Shown here piece after piece: positions 24,893-37,005 of a stretch of 37,482 bases of DNA. Origin of the DNA: Octopus bimaculoides (Eukaryota); assembly GCF_001194135.2 (NCBI RefSeq), contig NC_068987.1, forward strand, positions 17,685,418 through 17,722,899, written 5' to 3'. Both the position numbers and the translations under genes were made by a program. Every line of letters starts with the position of its first letter. The stretch's first letter is position 1. The notes under the pieces were generated by a model. The model saw only the letters and a list, made by a program, of their open reading frames with translations, was not told the DNA's origin and did no database searches.

Positions 24893-25020
24893 CTCGCAGT
24901 TGATTTGCCTTTCATCCTATTTGGACCGATTTAAGTAACAGCTGAGCACTGGCGTCAATGTAATTGACTATCCTCTAATCTCTAACCCAAAACTTCAGCC
25001 CTTGTATAAAAGTAATTATT
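24893..25020 (+). mobile_element. SINE family M, 5'-truncated, diverged
   Basis: gttgatttgcctttcatcctatttggaccgatttaagtaacagctgagcactggcgtcaatgtaattgact. Confidence 0.75.
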
Positions 25021-25721
25021 TCTAGCAGTCTATAGAAGCTTTCTCATCGTCTCTTAGTGTTGTAGAAGCAAAGTAATTTCTACAATGTTTATCACACATG
25101 GAAAATATCATAACGAAAAATTTTAAAGTAGAATGAAAAAGCGTCTTAAAATGATGATGAAGAGAATACAAGAAAACAAAAAATGAATTCGATGTAGAAA
25201 AAAATAATCTTGAAAAATAAACAGAATGAATTCATAGACAACAATTTATTAACTGGCAACATTTAGAGACATCTATGAGAACCAACAAAAACATATATAA
25301 ACAAATCAATAAAAATAAGTCATACAAGTATGTTTGTGTGATCAGGAAGTTATCTTTGCAATCAGTAATCTTAAGTCACAAATATAGAGATATCTCCATG
25401 AAAGTACAGTTAAATTCAACTAGACCCTTTAAGAAACTTTTCTCACAGATATAACGAAATATCAACAAAATAAATGAGGTATTATATTTTTCAATTGCTA
25501 TATTGATATCCTGAGAAAATACACAAAGCAGAAAATCTAAATACATGAAGCAGAAAATGTTGGTATATCAAGCAAAGACAAAACTATTAATTAGTAGATA
25601 GCTTGTAGCTTCAGTTTTATTGTACCTAAACTGATATCTACATTTTCGATATTTGGTATCATTTTTTCTCTTCGAACAAACGAATGTCGGTCGGTACATA
25701 ATTTCACTGCTTAATGTAAGG

Positions 25722-26090
25722 GCAGAGGTTACTGTGTGGTTATGACGTTTGGCTCGAAACCATTTAGTTTCGGATTCAGTTCTCCTATAGCTCCATACCG
25801 ACCAAAAGGTTCTGAGTGATTTTGTTAGGCGTGAACTGTGTGGAAACACGTTATAGAAATTGTATGTGTGTGTGTCACATAAGTGTGTCTCTGCCTGTCT
25901 CCCACTATTTTTCAATTGGTGTTGATTTGTTTATGACCGCGTAATGTAGCGGTTTAGCAAAAATGAGACCGATAAAATAAATACCCGAATTATAAAGCAT
26001 TTGTTCCGATTTGGTTTGATTACGCGCACCAGTCAGCGTGAATTTCCAGCATGGTCGCAATCCAATGACTGGAACAAGTTAAAGAAAAGA
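25722..26090 (+). mobile_element. SINE family O, diverged, internally deleted
   Basis: ggttactgtgtggt head; ctatagc...ccgaccaaa...tgagtgattttg; gagaccgataaaataaatac; ccagcatggtcgcaatccaatgactggaacaag. Confidence 0.75.
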
Positions 26091-27244
26091 ATAAATATAC
26101 ATATATATATATTAGAAAATATAAAACCATCACACCGATAGCTACTATATGTTTATCACACAAGCTATAGAGATAAATGTACTCTATTGCTTGTTCTTGT
26201 GTGATTTACAAAATCTATCATCGGGATATCATTAACATGTGCATGACATTAGCGTGGACAATTATGGTTTTCGAAGGGCCAGTGTAAATATCTTCAGGCG
26301 AATGCAAATAATCATAACTGTGAAGGAAACCTGGATTGTCAAGAAGACATGATTCTAACTCAAAGCGATCAATTACTCATTCGATTTCCCTTATTTTATT
26401 TCTATAGTTATTTACTGTTGTGGATTTACTGGTTAAAGTTTTCTGTTTTATTTTCTTCCTTTTTCGTTGATGGTGATATACCTAGATACACAATACAAAT
26501 TTAGTCACAGGTTATTTCTGTAAATGTAATAACTTTTCTTGTCTTCATCTACATCTAATTAAAAAGAGCGGATATAAAATCGTTTAACCACTGCTTTTAC
26601 AGGCACACAATAGAACTTCTCCCTAAAAAAAAAATTCTTCAACTTCTAACCCTGCTGAATTATCTTGCCCTTCAGCACATTATTCAATATCCATTTAGAG
26701 CTAGGAAATTTGGTTATTGCAAATTAGAAAACCTTGCTACGAACACAGTGCACTGGCGTTGATACAACTACTGATTTCAGGATTCGAAATGGTTCGAAAG
26801 ATCTTTCGAATAGCGTACTCCTTGCCACTGTGTAAATTTTGTTCATTCCACGAAAAGCGTAAGAAGCAAGTCAAGTTTCAATTTTAATGTTTCTTGCAGT
26901 GATTATAAAAATATCAATTTAAATCTTATTTTTCTATACAGTTGGCGTGTATGATTTTTTAATTACCCAAAGAATTCTAATTTTCTACGTAATCCAGAGA
27001 GCAGTTGTAATCCAATGCAGCTAGTAACCAATAATTCCATTACTACTGGTTTTATCGACCGCGTATTCTGGTGTTTAACCGGTTCCTTCGCTGATAAGAC
27101 CATAATAATGCCGGTACTTTTTTTTCCATTATATCAACCCCAGATGCAGAACTAATAAAAATAATATAACATATTTCCCTTTTTCTTTCTTTCTTGCGTT
27201 CAACCCTCCAATACGGAGTATAGGCTACTTATAATTGAATTCCA

Positions 27245-27625
27245 TGTTGCATAATTTCTCGCTTCTGTATGAATGTCCCCCCTTTCTCTAGTTCCTTTTG
27301 TTTTGATCTACGCCACGAGTTCTTAGGCCTACCCCTCTTTCTATATCCATCCGGATTCCACTGTAAAGCACTTTTCGCTGCATTTGGTGTGTCCTTTCTA
27401 ATTGTACTACCAATCCACTTCTATTTTTTCTAAAATATTTGCTCCCTAATCGAAATTTGATTCGTTCTTTGCCATAGCTCCATATTGCTTATATTTCCCT
27501 TTTTTACATAAATTATTTCTAATTGAATTTTAAAAAAAAAGTTTCTCTGCGTTAAATGCATGAACACCAACTTCACTGTTACTTTCCATACATATAACCG
27601 ATTAAGAATTGCTTGGAAAGCACTA
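27245..27625 (-). mobile_element. RTE-clade LINE ORF2 C-terminal remnant
   Basis: One frame with two stops: ISNMELWQRTNQISIREQIF*KK*KWIGSTIRK...ALQWNPDGYRKRGRPKNSWRRS, the RTE ISNxELW...RWIGH.LRK...WNP.G.R..GRP...WRR signature. Confidence 0.88.
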
Positions 27626-28139
27626 TACGTATATGTGTACATGCACCGCAATGATTAGTGTTGTCCTACCTCCACCCACAGTTCAATAAAATATGTTGCA
27701 TTAATGAACTCAGGTTGATTCAATCAAATACACAAGAATTGGTTTTCTACCCAGTCAAGAGAAGAAAAAAAATTATTTTGGTGCCAACAAGTCTTTAGCT
27801 TTGCTATTTCTTCATGTCGCTTGTTTCATTTGTTTTCTTCTGTCTATGTTTGTTTGTATTATTACTGTTTTCTGACAATTCCGGTTATATCGATCGGGTA
27901 TTCTGGTATTCAAGCAGTTCTTATACGAATATTATAATTTTTTTTTTCGTTTCTCATCTCTTTGTTTCGTTTGTTTTGTTTTTTTTTGTTTCTGTGTTTT
28001 ATTGTTTGTTTGTTCGTTGTTTGTTGGGTTTTTTTTCCATTTTCTCGCTGTTGCTCCTGCTTGCTACACTTACACCTGCCTCCCTGCTATTATTAAACTT
28101 CTGTTATTTTATTTGCGATTGGTACTGGCGAATGGGTGA

Positions 28140-28363
28140 TAAAGTGATGATGATGATGAGGGGGAGGATGATGATCATGATGATGGTGGTGGTGGTGGCG
28201 GTGGCAGCAGCGGCGGCGAAGATGATGAAACTGATGAAGACGAAGATGACGATGATGACGGTAGTGATCATCATCATCATCATAATGGTGGTGGTGGTGA
28301 TGGTTTGGTTGATGATGGTGGAATTAAATTTATAGTTTGGTAGGGAAGTTGTCGTAGCACCAT

Positions 28364-28400
<37 letters not shown>

Positions 28401-28982
28401 CTTCTTGATGTGGATGATGACGATGACGACAACGATAATAACGGTAATGATGATGAGGGTTGGCCGTGTTTCTCAACGTGGCATTAAGGCTGAGTTTACG
28501 TGTTCGAGATAGAGGGAGGGATGATGATGGTGGTGGTAGAGGTAGTGGGGGGAGATGACGATGCTGTTAATGATGATGATGATGGTAATGATGTTGGTGT
28601 TGAAGTTGGGTGGATGGATAGATGGATGGCTGGCTGGCTGGCTGGATGGATGGTTGTACGTCTGAAAGGGGCCATGCTATTTCAGTTTATGTGTTTGTGT
28701 TGTTGGTGGGGGTTTTGGGGGTAGTGGTGGTGTTGTAATGATATCGATGCTAGTAACTATGCTGCTGTTGACGTTGGTGATGGTGATAATGAGACCGAAT
28801 AATGAAGGTGAATTACTGTAGATGCAATGGTGGTGGCTCTGGAGAGCCAACGGTCGTGCTGGTTCGATGTTCGAAGTCCAGCTGTTGTTGATAATGTTGT
28901 TTGTTATTGCTGGCGACGATGACGATGACGATGACGATGACGAGGTTGATGGTGGTGATAATGATGATGATGATGGTGGTGG

Positions 28983-29035
<53 letters not shown>

Positions 29036-29044
29036 GTGATGATA

Positions 29045-29083
<39 letters not shown>

Positions 29084-29236
29084 GTGATGATAATGATGAT
29101 GATGATGATGATGACGACGACGACGTCGACGACGATGATGACGAAGATGACGATGACGAAAACGACGACTACGACGACGATGACGATGATGAGGATGGTG
29201 GTGGTGGTGGTGATGAGGATGATAATGATGATGATG

Positions 29237-29303
<67 letters not shown>

Positions 29304-29345
29304 CGATGACGACGACGACGACGATGACGATGACGATGGTAATGG
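28140..29345. repeat. Large degenerate (GAT/GAC/GGT/AAT)n trinucleotide microsatellite complex
   Basis: Direct reading; purest tract 28916-29340. Confidence 0.93.
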
Positions 29346-29774
29346 TGGAATGAAATTGAATCTAATTGGCGAGGATATGCTCATTAATCTGCACAAAATT
29401 ATTGCATTAACTGCAGACAACGGGATATATCTGTTCGAAACGACCTTGAAATATTACAGGTAGCTATATTGTCAAAGTAGGACAATTGAATGTTGAAGTA
29501 AACGGAGGATTTAGAGGGGAAAACTTTTTTCCGCTTTTTCTAAAAAAAAAATTGTCACACTATCATATGTGGTTGTACATTGCTGGTGACAATGCGGTTC
29601 CATTCTTACTTTATTGCGCCCTAAGTCTCCTCTCTTGGGTTCTGATTGATTAACCCTTTTGTCCTTTAAAACACGCGTAGCATAGAAACGTATTTATCAA
29701 CAAGAAAAATAAAATTCAAAATTAACATCGATGAAATTATAACACAAATGTGCGAAATATAACACAAATGTGTG

Positions 29775-29980
29775 AGCTGGCAGATTCGTTAGCACACCGG
29801 GAAAATACTTAGCGACATTTCGTTCGTCTTTACGTTCTGTGTTCAAATTCCACCGAAGCAGACTTTGCCATTCATCCTTTGAGAGTCGATAAAATAAGTA
29901 CCTGTTGAGTCCTGGAGTTGATGTAATCGACCTAGCCCGCCCCCAGACTAGCTGGCCTTGTGCTAAATTTAAAATCAATA
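29775..29980 (+). mobile_element. SINE family M, full length
   Basis: gagctggcagattcgttagc (A box)...gttcaaattcc (B box)...cattcatcctttgagagtcgataaaataagtacc...gtgctaaatttaaaatcaata. Confidence 0.88.
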
Positions 29981-30015
29981 TAAATGTACAAAAAAAAAAT
30001 AGTATTAAAATACTT

Positions 30016-30226
30016 CTTTCTATTATAGACACAAGTCCTCAAATTTTGTGGGAAAGCGACCAGTCGATTACATCGACCCATGTACTAAACTGATACTTAT
30101 TTTATCGACTCCGAAAGGATGAAAGGCAAGGTCAAGCTCGGCAGAATTTGAACTCAGAACGTAGCGGCAGACGAAATACCACAAAGCATTTTGCTCGGTG
30201 TGTTAACAATTCTGCCAGCTCACCGA
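30016..30226 (-). mobile_element. SINE family M, full length
   Basis: gatacttattttatcgactccgaaaggatgaaaggcaaggtcaagctcggcagaatttgaactcagaacg...ttctgccagctcacc. Confidence 0.9.
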
Positions 30227-30266
30227 CTTAAAATAGTGTTAAGACATTACGAGATCACTGTGTTAA

Positions 30267-30415
30267 TTCTGAGTTCGAATTCCGCCGAGGTTGACTTTGT
30301 CTTTCATCCTTTCGGGGCCGATAACTTAAGTACCAGTTGCCTACTGAGGTTGGTCCAATCGACTGCCCCCCACCTCCACCAAACATTTGTACTTTGTGCC
30401 TAGAGTAGAGAAGTA
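30267..30415 (+). mobile_element. SINE family M, 5'-truncated at the B box
   Basis: ctgagttcgaattccgccgaggttgactttgtctttcatcctttcggggccgataacttaagtaccag...gtgcctagagtagag. Confidence 0.9.
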
Positions 30416-32256
30416 TGTTAAAACTGAAGCACTATTTTTTCTTTTTACGTATTTCCTTCCCTTGAGCTATTTTTTTCATTTTGAAAAAGAAAAAATCAAG
30501 TCGTAAGATTGTTTGACCAAAGGCGAAAAGAATTTTTCTTTCTTTAATTTCTTTACTAAGCATTTCTTTCCGTTTGTTGCTTTTTCAAAAGAGACAGGAA
30601 GGAAGAGAAACAGTGGGTGGATGGTTTGAATTTTGTTAATAGCTTCTAATTAAGTACAATTCATGTACTGATTTGGTTAGAATATTTATTTGAACTTTAT
30701 AGTGGAGAGAAGTAACAAATTATAGTTTATTGTTCAGAATTGATGCGTAAACATTTTCAAACATTCACTTGGAACATAATTATTTGATGTTGAATTTTGG
30801 AATACTTCTCGTTATTCATTTCGCTGGCTACTAGAGTAATCTGGAAAAAAATGTTTCGTTGTATTTAATTATAATTCTTAGAATTTATACTCAATTGTGT
30901 GCTTTCTAGTTTGATTCCATTGCATTGGCACCGTGAGCAAATATGTTTTAATACAGCCATGGGACGAGCAATTATTCTGGAGTAGGATTTTGTTACACTG
31001 AAACATAGCGGAAGCTTATTATGTATATATATACATGCATAGATACACACATGCATATATGAAACGGTGCTGCAACCTTCTAAACTTTGACGCCTGATCT
31101 CAGCATTGAACGAAAAGGAAGGAGTGTTTTATTGCTTTGGCTTAAATATTTTATAATTGTGTAGGTCAACTGGATTCCAAACATCCACATGTCATTTCTT
31201 ATTTTGTTATAGCTATCAAGTCCCCAGGGTGCAGTTTCTGGATGTGTTCTTTATTCAGACGAACAGTCATGGTCTGAATAACATTTAAATACTATCTCAA
31301 GCAGCTCGAACGTTCAAAAGGATGTTCTCAAGGTGGTTCGGACAAGATAACGTGTAAGTTGTCGGCATTGAATAAAGAAACTCTACCAATATATAGCTGA
31401 AATTTCAATAGAAATATAAAGCATCGTACATATTTTAATTAATATCTGGAATAAGTTCTGGTATGTAACTATGTGTAAAGAACCGCCTAAAACATCTGCA
31501 TTTTTAAACTTCAGTAAAACTAAATGTTAATTGTTTCGACGCTCAAATTAACTATCAGTTCGGATGTATGCTTTTGTTATTTTGTTTTAATCATCTTGAA
31601 ACAGTTGTTGGCCGACAATTCTTGTCGGTTTGAAGTTCGGTATGATAATGAAAGAAATTATTAACAGAAGAGGGAAATTAATATTTGAATATGTAATTAA
31701 CTTTTGCATAAATACTAGAGATTTCACTTATCCATGTTGCACTAAAACATCACATAAACAGCATTAATTGACACACAAAATAAACTAATTACTTTATACA
31801 ATTCATCTGCCTTTCTCTGGCCCTTTCCGTCGTTACATTTTGCTAGAAGCGCTTGCCTTTTGTTCTGCTTTCAGCCACTTACTTTTCCCTCTCCCACTCT
31901 CTCACTTTTTTTCTCAATCACCCTCATATTCTCTCGTTCGTTTCTCTCTCTCTTTCTCCACCCCTCTCTCTCTCTCTCACGCACACAGACACACACACAC
32001 ACAGTTTACGATTTCGAAAAATACAAAATGTCCACCAACTACACATCTGATTTCATAATGCATATAAAGAAACACATGCTAAAACATGCATATATCTATA
32101 TATACATGCGTATATATGTCTTAGGAAGCCAAGAAAATAATAATAATAATAAATGGCCGATTCCGGGCATTTTCGACCATGAGGAATCCATTGGTGCGAC
32201 TTGCAGATTGCTATCTTGTAAGGTGTGGATTTCTATAGATGCAACACACACACACG

Positions 32257-32287
<31 letters not shown>

Positions 32288-32544
32288 ACGCACACACACA
32301 CACACACAGCTTTACAATATGTACTGATATATATTAATAAATCTCAGGGTAGCAAAAATTTAGAAATTCTATTTGCTACCAGTGGTCTAGCAAGAAGAAA
32401 AAAACTAGTCAGTAGACTATATATTATTCATATAAATACATACAGTGTACTTTTAAACACATAAGAGACATCTCTCTTATATATATATGTATATATATAA
32501 ACCATAGAGGTATGGTTAGTTGGTGTATAACGGATATGCAAATA

Positions 32545-32791
32545 CTTGCTACACAGATGATTTGTTTTATAGTGATCAAATGTCTGTGTTCACATAAGTT
32601 CACTCTCTCCATCAAATAGACATTACCACATGTTGGGTGCACGGCGTACCACATATCAGATGACGAAATAATCGCAGAGCAACGCGAAAAAAATTATTTT
32701 GCTCGAGAACACCACGCATCACCCAGTCTGGGAAGAGAAACCTCGATTTCGCAATCGTGAGTGTAACACCCTAACCACTAAGCCATGCGCC

Positions 32792-32792
<1 letters not shown>
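32545..32792 (-). mobile_element. SINE family C, tail type C
   Basis: Minus strand ggcgcatggcttagtggttagggtgttacactcacgat...gtgttctcgagcaaaataatttttttcgcgttgctc; distinct tail. The 3' boundary is approximate. Confidence 0.75.
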
Positions 32793-32793
<1 letters not shown>

Positions 32794-32856
<63 letters not shown>

Positions 32857-32950
32857 GACACACACAAACACATATATATGTGAGTGTGTATATATGCGTG
32901 TGTGTGTGTGTATGTGTGTACGTGCAGACGTGTGTATGCATGTCAGTATA
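32794..32950. repeat. (CA)n/(TG)n microsatellite
   Basis: Direct reading. Confidence 0.95.
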
Positions 32951-33389
32951 AAATTTTACCCCAAAAACCAGCACGATTACAAACAGATCATCTATTAGTT
33001 TCTCAACTGAAAAATAATTTTTCGTAATAGCATTGTTACAACCATTCATTTCTGTCCTAAAGGAGTGACAGAAATATAATTATCAATAGCTGAATGTAAG
33101 TTTCTCAGTTTGAAGGATCTATCAGAAGAAGAAAATCGAAATTAGCTAACAATAATAATTAGCGATGAATCGATACGTCAATAATGTTTTAAACATTACG
33201 TTCAATGACAGATTTATTGGATATAGGCAAACTAGATATTACATACATACTCATACACGCATATATAAGAGATGAGGACAATCCTGCATCTCGTCAGTTC
33301 ATAGATTTGAGCTAAGTTGACAACAATATCGGAACCAATTTAATGGAAGCATGAAAACATACTGGAAAAATTCAGCTCCTATAAATGAA

Positions 33390-33640
33390 AGACTTGCCGT
33401 CATTGTGGTTTTGTGGCACGTAGCAAAGCAGGCCTTGCCGTCCACTTAAGAAAACACGTAGTAAAATGATATACAAGCACTCGAACAATTGGAGTCCTCA
33501 ACTTTTTTCTATTTGCCAAAATATTTCCAAGGCACCAACTGGCCTCAAGAGACTCGTATGTGTCCATAGAACATGATTACCACTTTATTTTACTGAATCC
33601 TCATCTGTCGTTCCCGACGGAAGTGTCTGTCATATAAATC
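33390..33640 (+). mobile_element. RTE-like LINE 3' end with two degenerate C2H2 fingers and terminal stem-loop
   Basis: CRHCGFVARSKAGLAVHLRKH (33395-33457); FSICQNISKAPTGLKRLVCVH (single substitutions restore C and H); ctgtcg-ttcc-cgacgg hairpin near 33605-33620. Confidence 0.65.
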
Positions 33641-34344
33641 AGTAACTCAACGCTGGTGTACAGTACAGAAACAAATGCTGTGATCTAATGTTAAAGTCTG
33701 ATATCTTCCGCTTTCGTGTTATGTTATTCTTACATACACACACACATTCTTACTCACACACATACACGTACAAACACCATACACACACCCACATACACAT
33801 ACATACATATATATATATATATATGTTATGCAGAAAGAGAGGTAAAATATAAAATCATAGCTACATGCTATAACCAAAAGGCTATAAGACTTTAAATTGC
33901 CGTATGGTATATAGAAAACTGTGTTGTTTTTAATTTGTTACTGCACATCATATATGCAGGTAAAATATTCATTATACTGGATTGCAATTAATTCCGGAAG
34001 TGCAAGGTGATATACTTAGAAGTTTCACAAAATGAACTGTGAACTGTGGGTGAAAGCGGAAAAACAACATTTTGAATTACAAAGTCTGCAGGAAGAAAGC
34101 TTAAAAGCTTCCAATTTTGCTTGGTGCAGAGCCAAACACACACTAATGAACAATTTAATTCGAAAATAGATAACCAATGAACTTCAATTAATGGCTGGTG
34201 TAACATGTTCACATCTGCGTAACATTTTAAACAAAATATACAAAAGTATTTTTTAAAAGCAAAGGGTTTTTGTTTTAGATTGTTTCCAGTTAATTCCAGT
34301 CAAAATGACATTGCATTGGAATAATCCAAAATACAAACGCTAAA

Positions 34345-34562
34345 ATATTCTTTTCTACACTATGCAAAAAAGACTGAAATTTTGAGGGAGGGAGCCAGTT
34401 GATTGGGTTGAACCCAATACGCAACTAGTACTTAATTTATTGACCCCGAAAGGATAAAAAGTGAAGTCGACAACGGCGGAGTTTCAGCTCAGAACGTAGC
34501 GGCTGACGAAATACCGCTAAGCCGTTCGCTCGGCGTGCTAACGTTTCTGCCACCTCGCTGCC
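34345..34562 (-). mobile_element. SINE family M, full length
   Basis: tagtacttaatttattgaccccgaaaggataaaaagtgaagtcgac...ctcagaacgtagcggctgacgaaataccgctaag...ttctgccacctcg. Confidence 0.88.
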
Positions 34563-35288
34563 TTCACAAACGCTAAAATATTGTATTAGGTGTTTTTCAT
34601 TCACTCCACCCAGATATAGCCCAATATTATCTACACTGTGCATTTAAAAGTAAGAATATATTGGAAAGATTTTCAATGTGATAACGAAAGTTCAGTTATC
34701 TTTTTGAAATGTTAAAAATATTGACGGATCATATCTGAAATTACCTTTGATATTAAATCTGTATGATCAGAGCTGACTTGACGCTAAACAATGCTTGGTG
34801 ATTTGAATCCGTAGCAAACTGCCCGGCTTATAGAAAATGTGCCGTTGAGAACTCGGCAGATTTTCTTGTTCCCTATTACATCAACTTGTGTGCTCTCTGC
34901 TTTTATTTTACTGGCCCTGAAAAGTCTTCCACTTCATTAGATCCCAAAATTCCTTTAACCGGTCAGTTTCCTAATTTAACTCCCGAAAGATCTAAAATGT
35001 AATTGAGTATATTGACTGTAACATTAAAAAGTTAATGTTACCAACTGAAAGGGTAGGGATTTGTGGTATTAATGGATTCTTAGAAATGCTAAGCACTAAG
35101 CTAAATACCTTGTAGTTTTTTGTTATGCATTATGAATCCAAGCTCACCCACAATCAAGAAATTGGTATCAGTAATATATTGGGGGGTGGGGGCAAGTCAC
35201 ATTTTCATTGCTATTGAATTTCAAAAGATCTCAGCAATTATGTTTGTGTTAAATTTCACTTACTTTTATGTGAAGAAGTCCAGGATTT

Positions 35289-35512
35289 AATAACCCTTTC
35301 TACTAAAAGCACAGGCCCGAAATTATGGGGGAGTGGAGTAGTCGATTACATCGAACCAATTTTTAACTGGTATTTAAATTATCGACTCCGCTAGGATGAG
35401 AAGGATAAAATGTAAACTCGACCACGGTGGAATTTGAACTCAGAACGTTTACATGGACGAAATACCGAGAAACATATCGCCCGAACGCTAACGATTCTAC
35501 CAGCTCACCGAC
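35289..35512 (-). mobile_element. SINE family M, full length
   Basis: gtcgattacatcga...ctggtatttaaattatcgactccg...ggaatttgaactcagaacg...ttctaccagctcaccg. Confidence 0.88.
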
Positions 35513-36129
35513 TTAGTCAAGGATGTAATAATAACATATTAACAATAAACTTGCCTTCATTGTTATATTTTTTCAATACTTGTAGTGATATAGGATTAGA
35601 AGGAAGCATATATAGCTGTCATCTATGAAAATCTGGTGCTTTAACCCATGGTAATCAATATATATTTGTCAGTGTCTGTGTGTTGTATGTGTTTATGTTT
35701 ATCAAGTTGTATATTTGTATGGGAGTGAGTTAATGGTAAAAAACTATTTTAAACAAGTTTTTAAAATCGCTACTGCTTTATCAAATTTTCAGCAGTTATA
35801 TTACGGATCTTTTCCTATATTAGTATTAATGCTATAGATTTCGGTTACAACATAGATATTAGGACGTGATGTTTCGAGAACTTTACAATAATATTTTGAA
35901 AGTAAAGTGTTGCAAAAGCATGTAGTCAGCACGTTTTATAATGATATGGAAAACACAAAACACATGCATATATGTATACATCCACACACATATATATATT
36001 TACATACACATAAATGTTACAACCGGCATTAATAAAATTGGTAGTAGTGACGCTAGTAAAAATATTAACAGTCACCACAAATGTAGTAACACCAACAAGG
36101 AAACCACTTCTGCTAGTGCAAACAAGAAT

Positions 36130-37005
36130 ATTATTTCATTTCGGTACAACAACGTAACAGCTTAAAATTGAACACCTTCCTAACATCGGGCTACAACAAG
36201 TAACCTTAGGTGTCAGGAACCTTACTAAGTATTCTAGCTGTACCACACAACACAATACTATTTTCTGAAGCTGAACTAAACTAGGTTTTGTGCCTATTTT
36301 CTTTATCCATCTGTTCAAACCCTTCGGAGCAGTTCCTAATACACCTATAACTACGGGGTATACATTTTATGCGCACTTTTCATAGCCCCTGTAACTCAGT
36401 GGCAAGGTCGCGCTACTTTTCTATTTTCTCCTTATATATAGATGTTTTCGAACTAGTTTGGATTCTTTGCCCTCAAATTTGATGGCAAAGAATACAAACA
36501 AGATCGAAAACATCTATATATTTTTTGTTATTTTCTCTTGTATTTACTTTCCCATTATCCGGTGCTGTAAAGTCAATTGCCTGACACTTTCTGTTCTCTT
36601 AGTCTAGTACTATTAATCAGGCCTTCTATCTTCTGTTACTCATTCAATCTAAATGTTAAAATTCCACATCTTATATTTCTTACTTTCTAGCAATTTACTA
36701 GCTTCATATTCATAAGACTTATCAGTATGTTCAAATCATGGCTTTCTACATAACTCCTAGTTGATCATTCTCCCTACGTTATCGTGTCTTTTCTTGTATT
36801 CCTTCTGTACCAGTATACTACATTCACTTACTATATGAGTAACACTTTCTTCATTTGATTTACATCATCTACACTGGGAATCTGCCTAATTTTTATTTGT
36901 CTTAGCTTTCATTCAGTTTGTCCTCCATGCCGGGTTTTATGCTGCTACTAACAAACTTCCTGTCTCCTATTTTAGCTCCCCTTTATTCAAACACAACCAT
37001 GTCTC
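36130..37005 (-). mobile_element. R4/Dong-clade non-LTR retrotransposon, 5'-truncated C-terminus (CCHC knuckle plus restriction-like endonuclease)
   Basis: ETWLCLNKGELK*ETGSLLVAA; CR*CKSNEESVTHIVSEC (C-x2-C-x8-H-x4-C); YKKRHDNVG; RRPD...IDF.APD; EKIEK*RDL; IPVVIGVLGTAPKGLNRWIKKIG...LQKIVL..GTARIL; many stops. Confidence 0.9.
36434..36521. repeat. 88-bp near-perfect palindrome inserted in the R4 element
   Basis: Arms of 44 bp with 4 mismatches and no spacer; centre between 36477 and 36478. Confidence 0.95.

Noticed and set aside
25080-25560. A-rich stretch with faint resemblance to Penelope RT N-terminus (EFIDNN...EPTK)
   Set aside because: Too degenerate to assign without a profile search.
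25568-25915. 115-aa minus ORF
   Set aside because: Largely antisense to a degenerate family O SINE.
28674-29420. Minus-strand poly-Ser frame ending ...PPLPPKPPPTTQTHKLK
   Set aside because: Interrupted by a TAG at 29169-29171, has no start after it, and is low-complexity sequence antisense to the (GAT)n tract.
33270-33300. Minus-strand CTGACGA followed by a good hairpin
   Set aside because: No GAAA after the stem, so not a hammerhead.
34745-34916. Minus-strand segment with good acceptor (ttttcAG) and donor (AAG|GTAAT)
   Set aside because: Stops in all three frames; could only be a non-coding exon and there is no other support.
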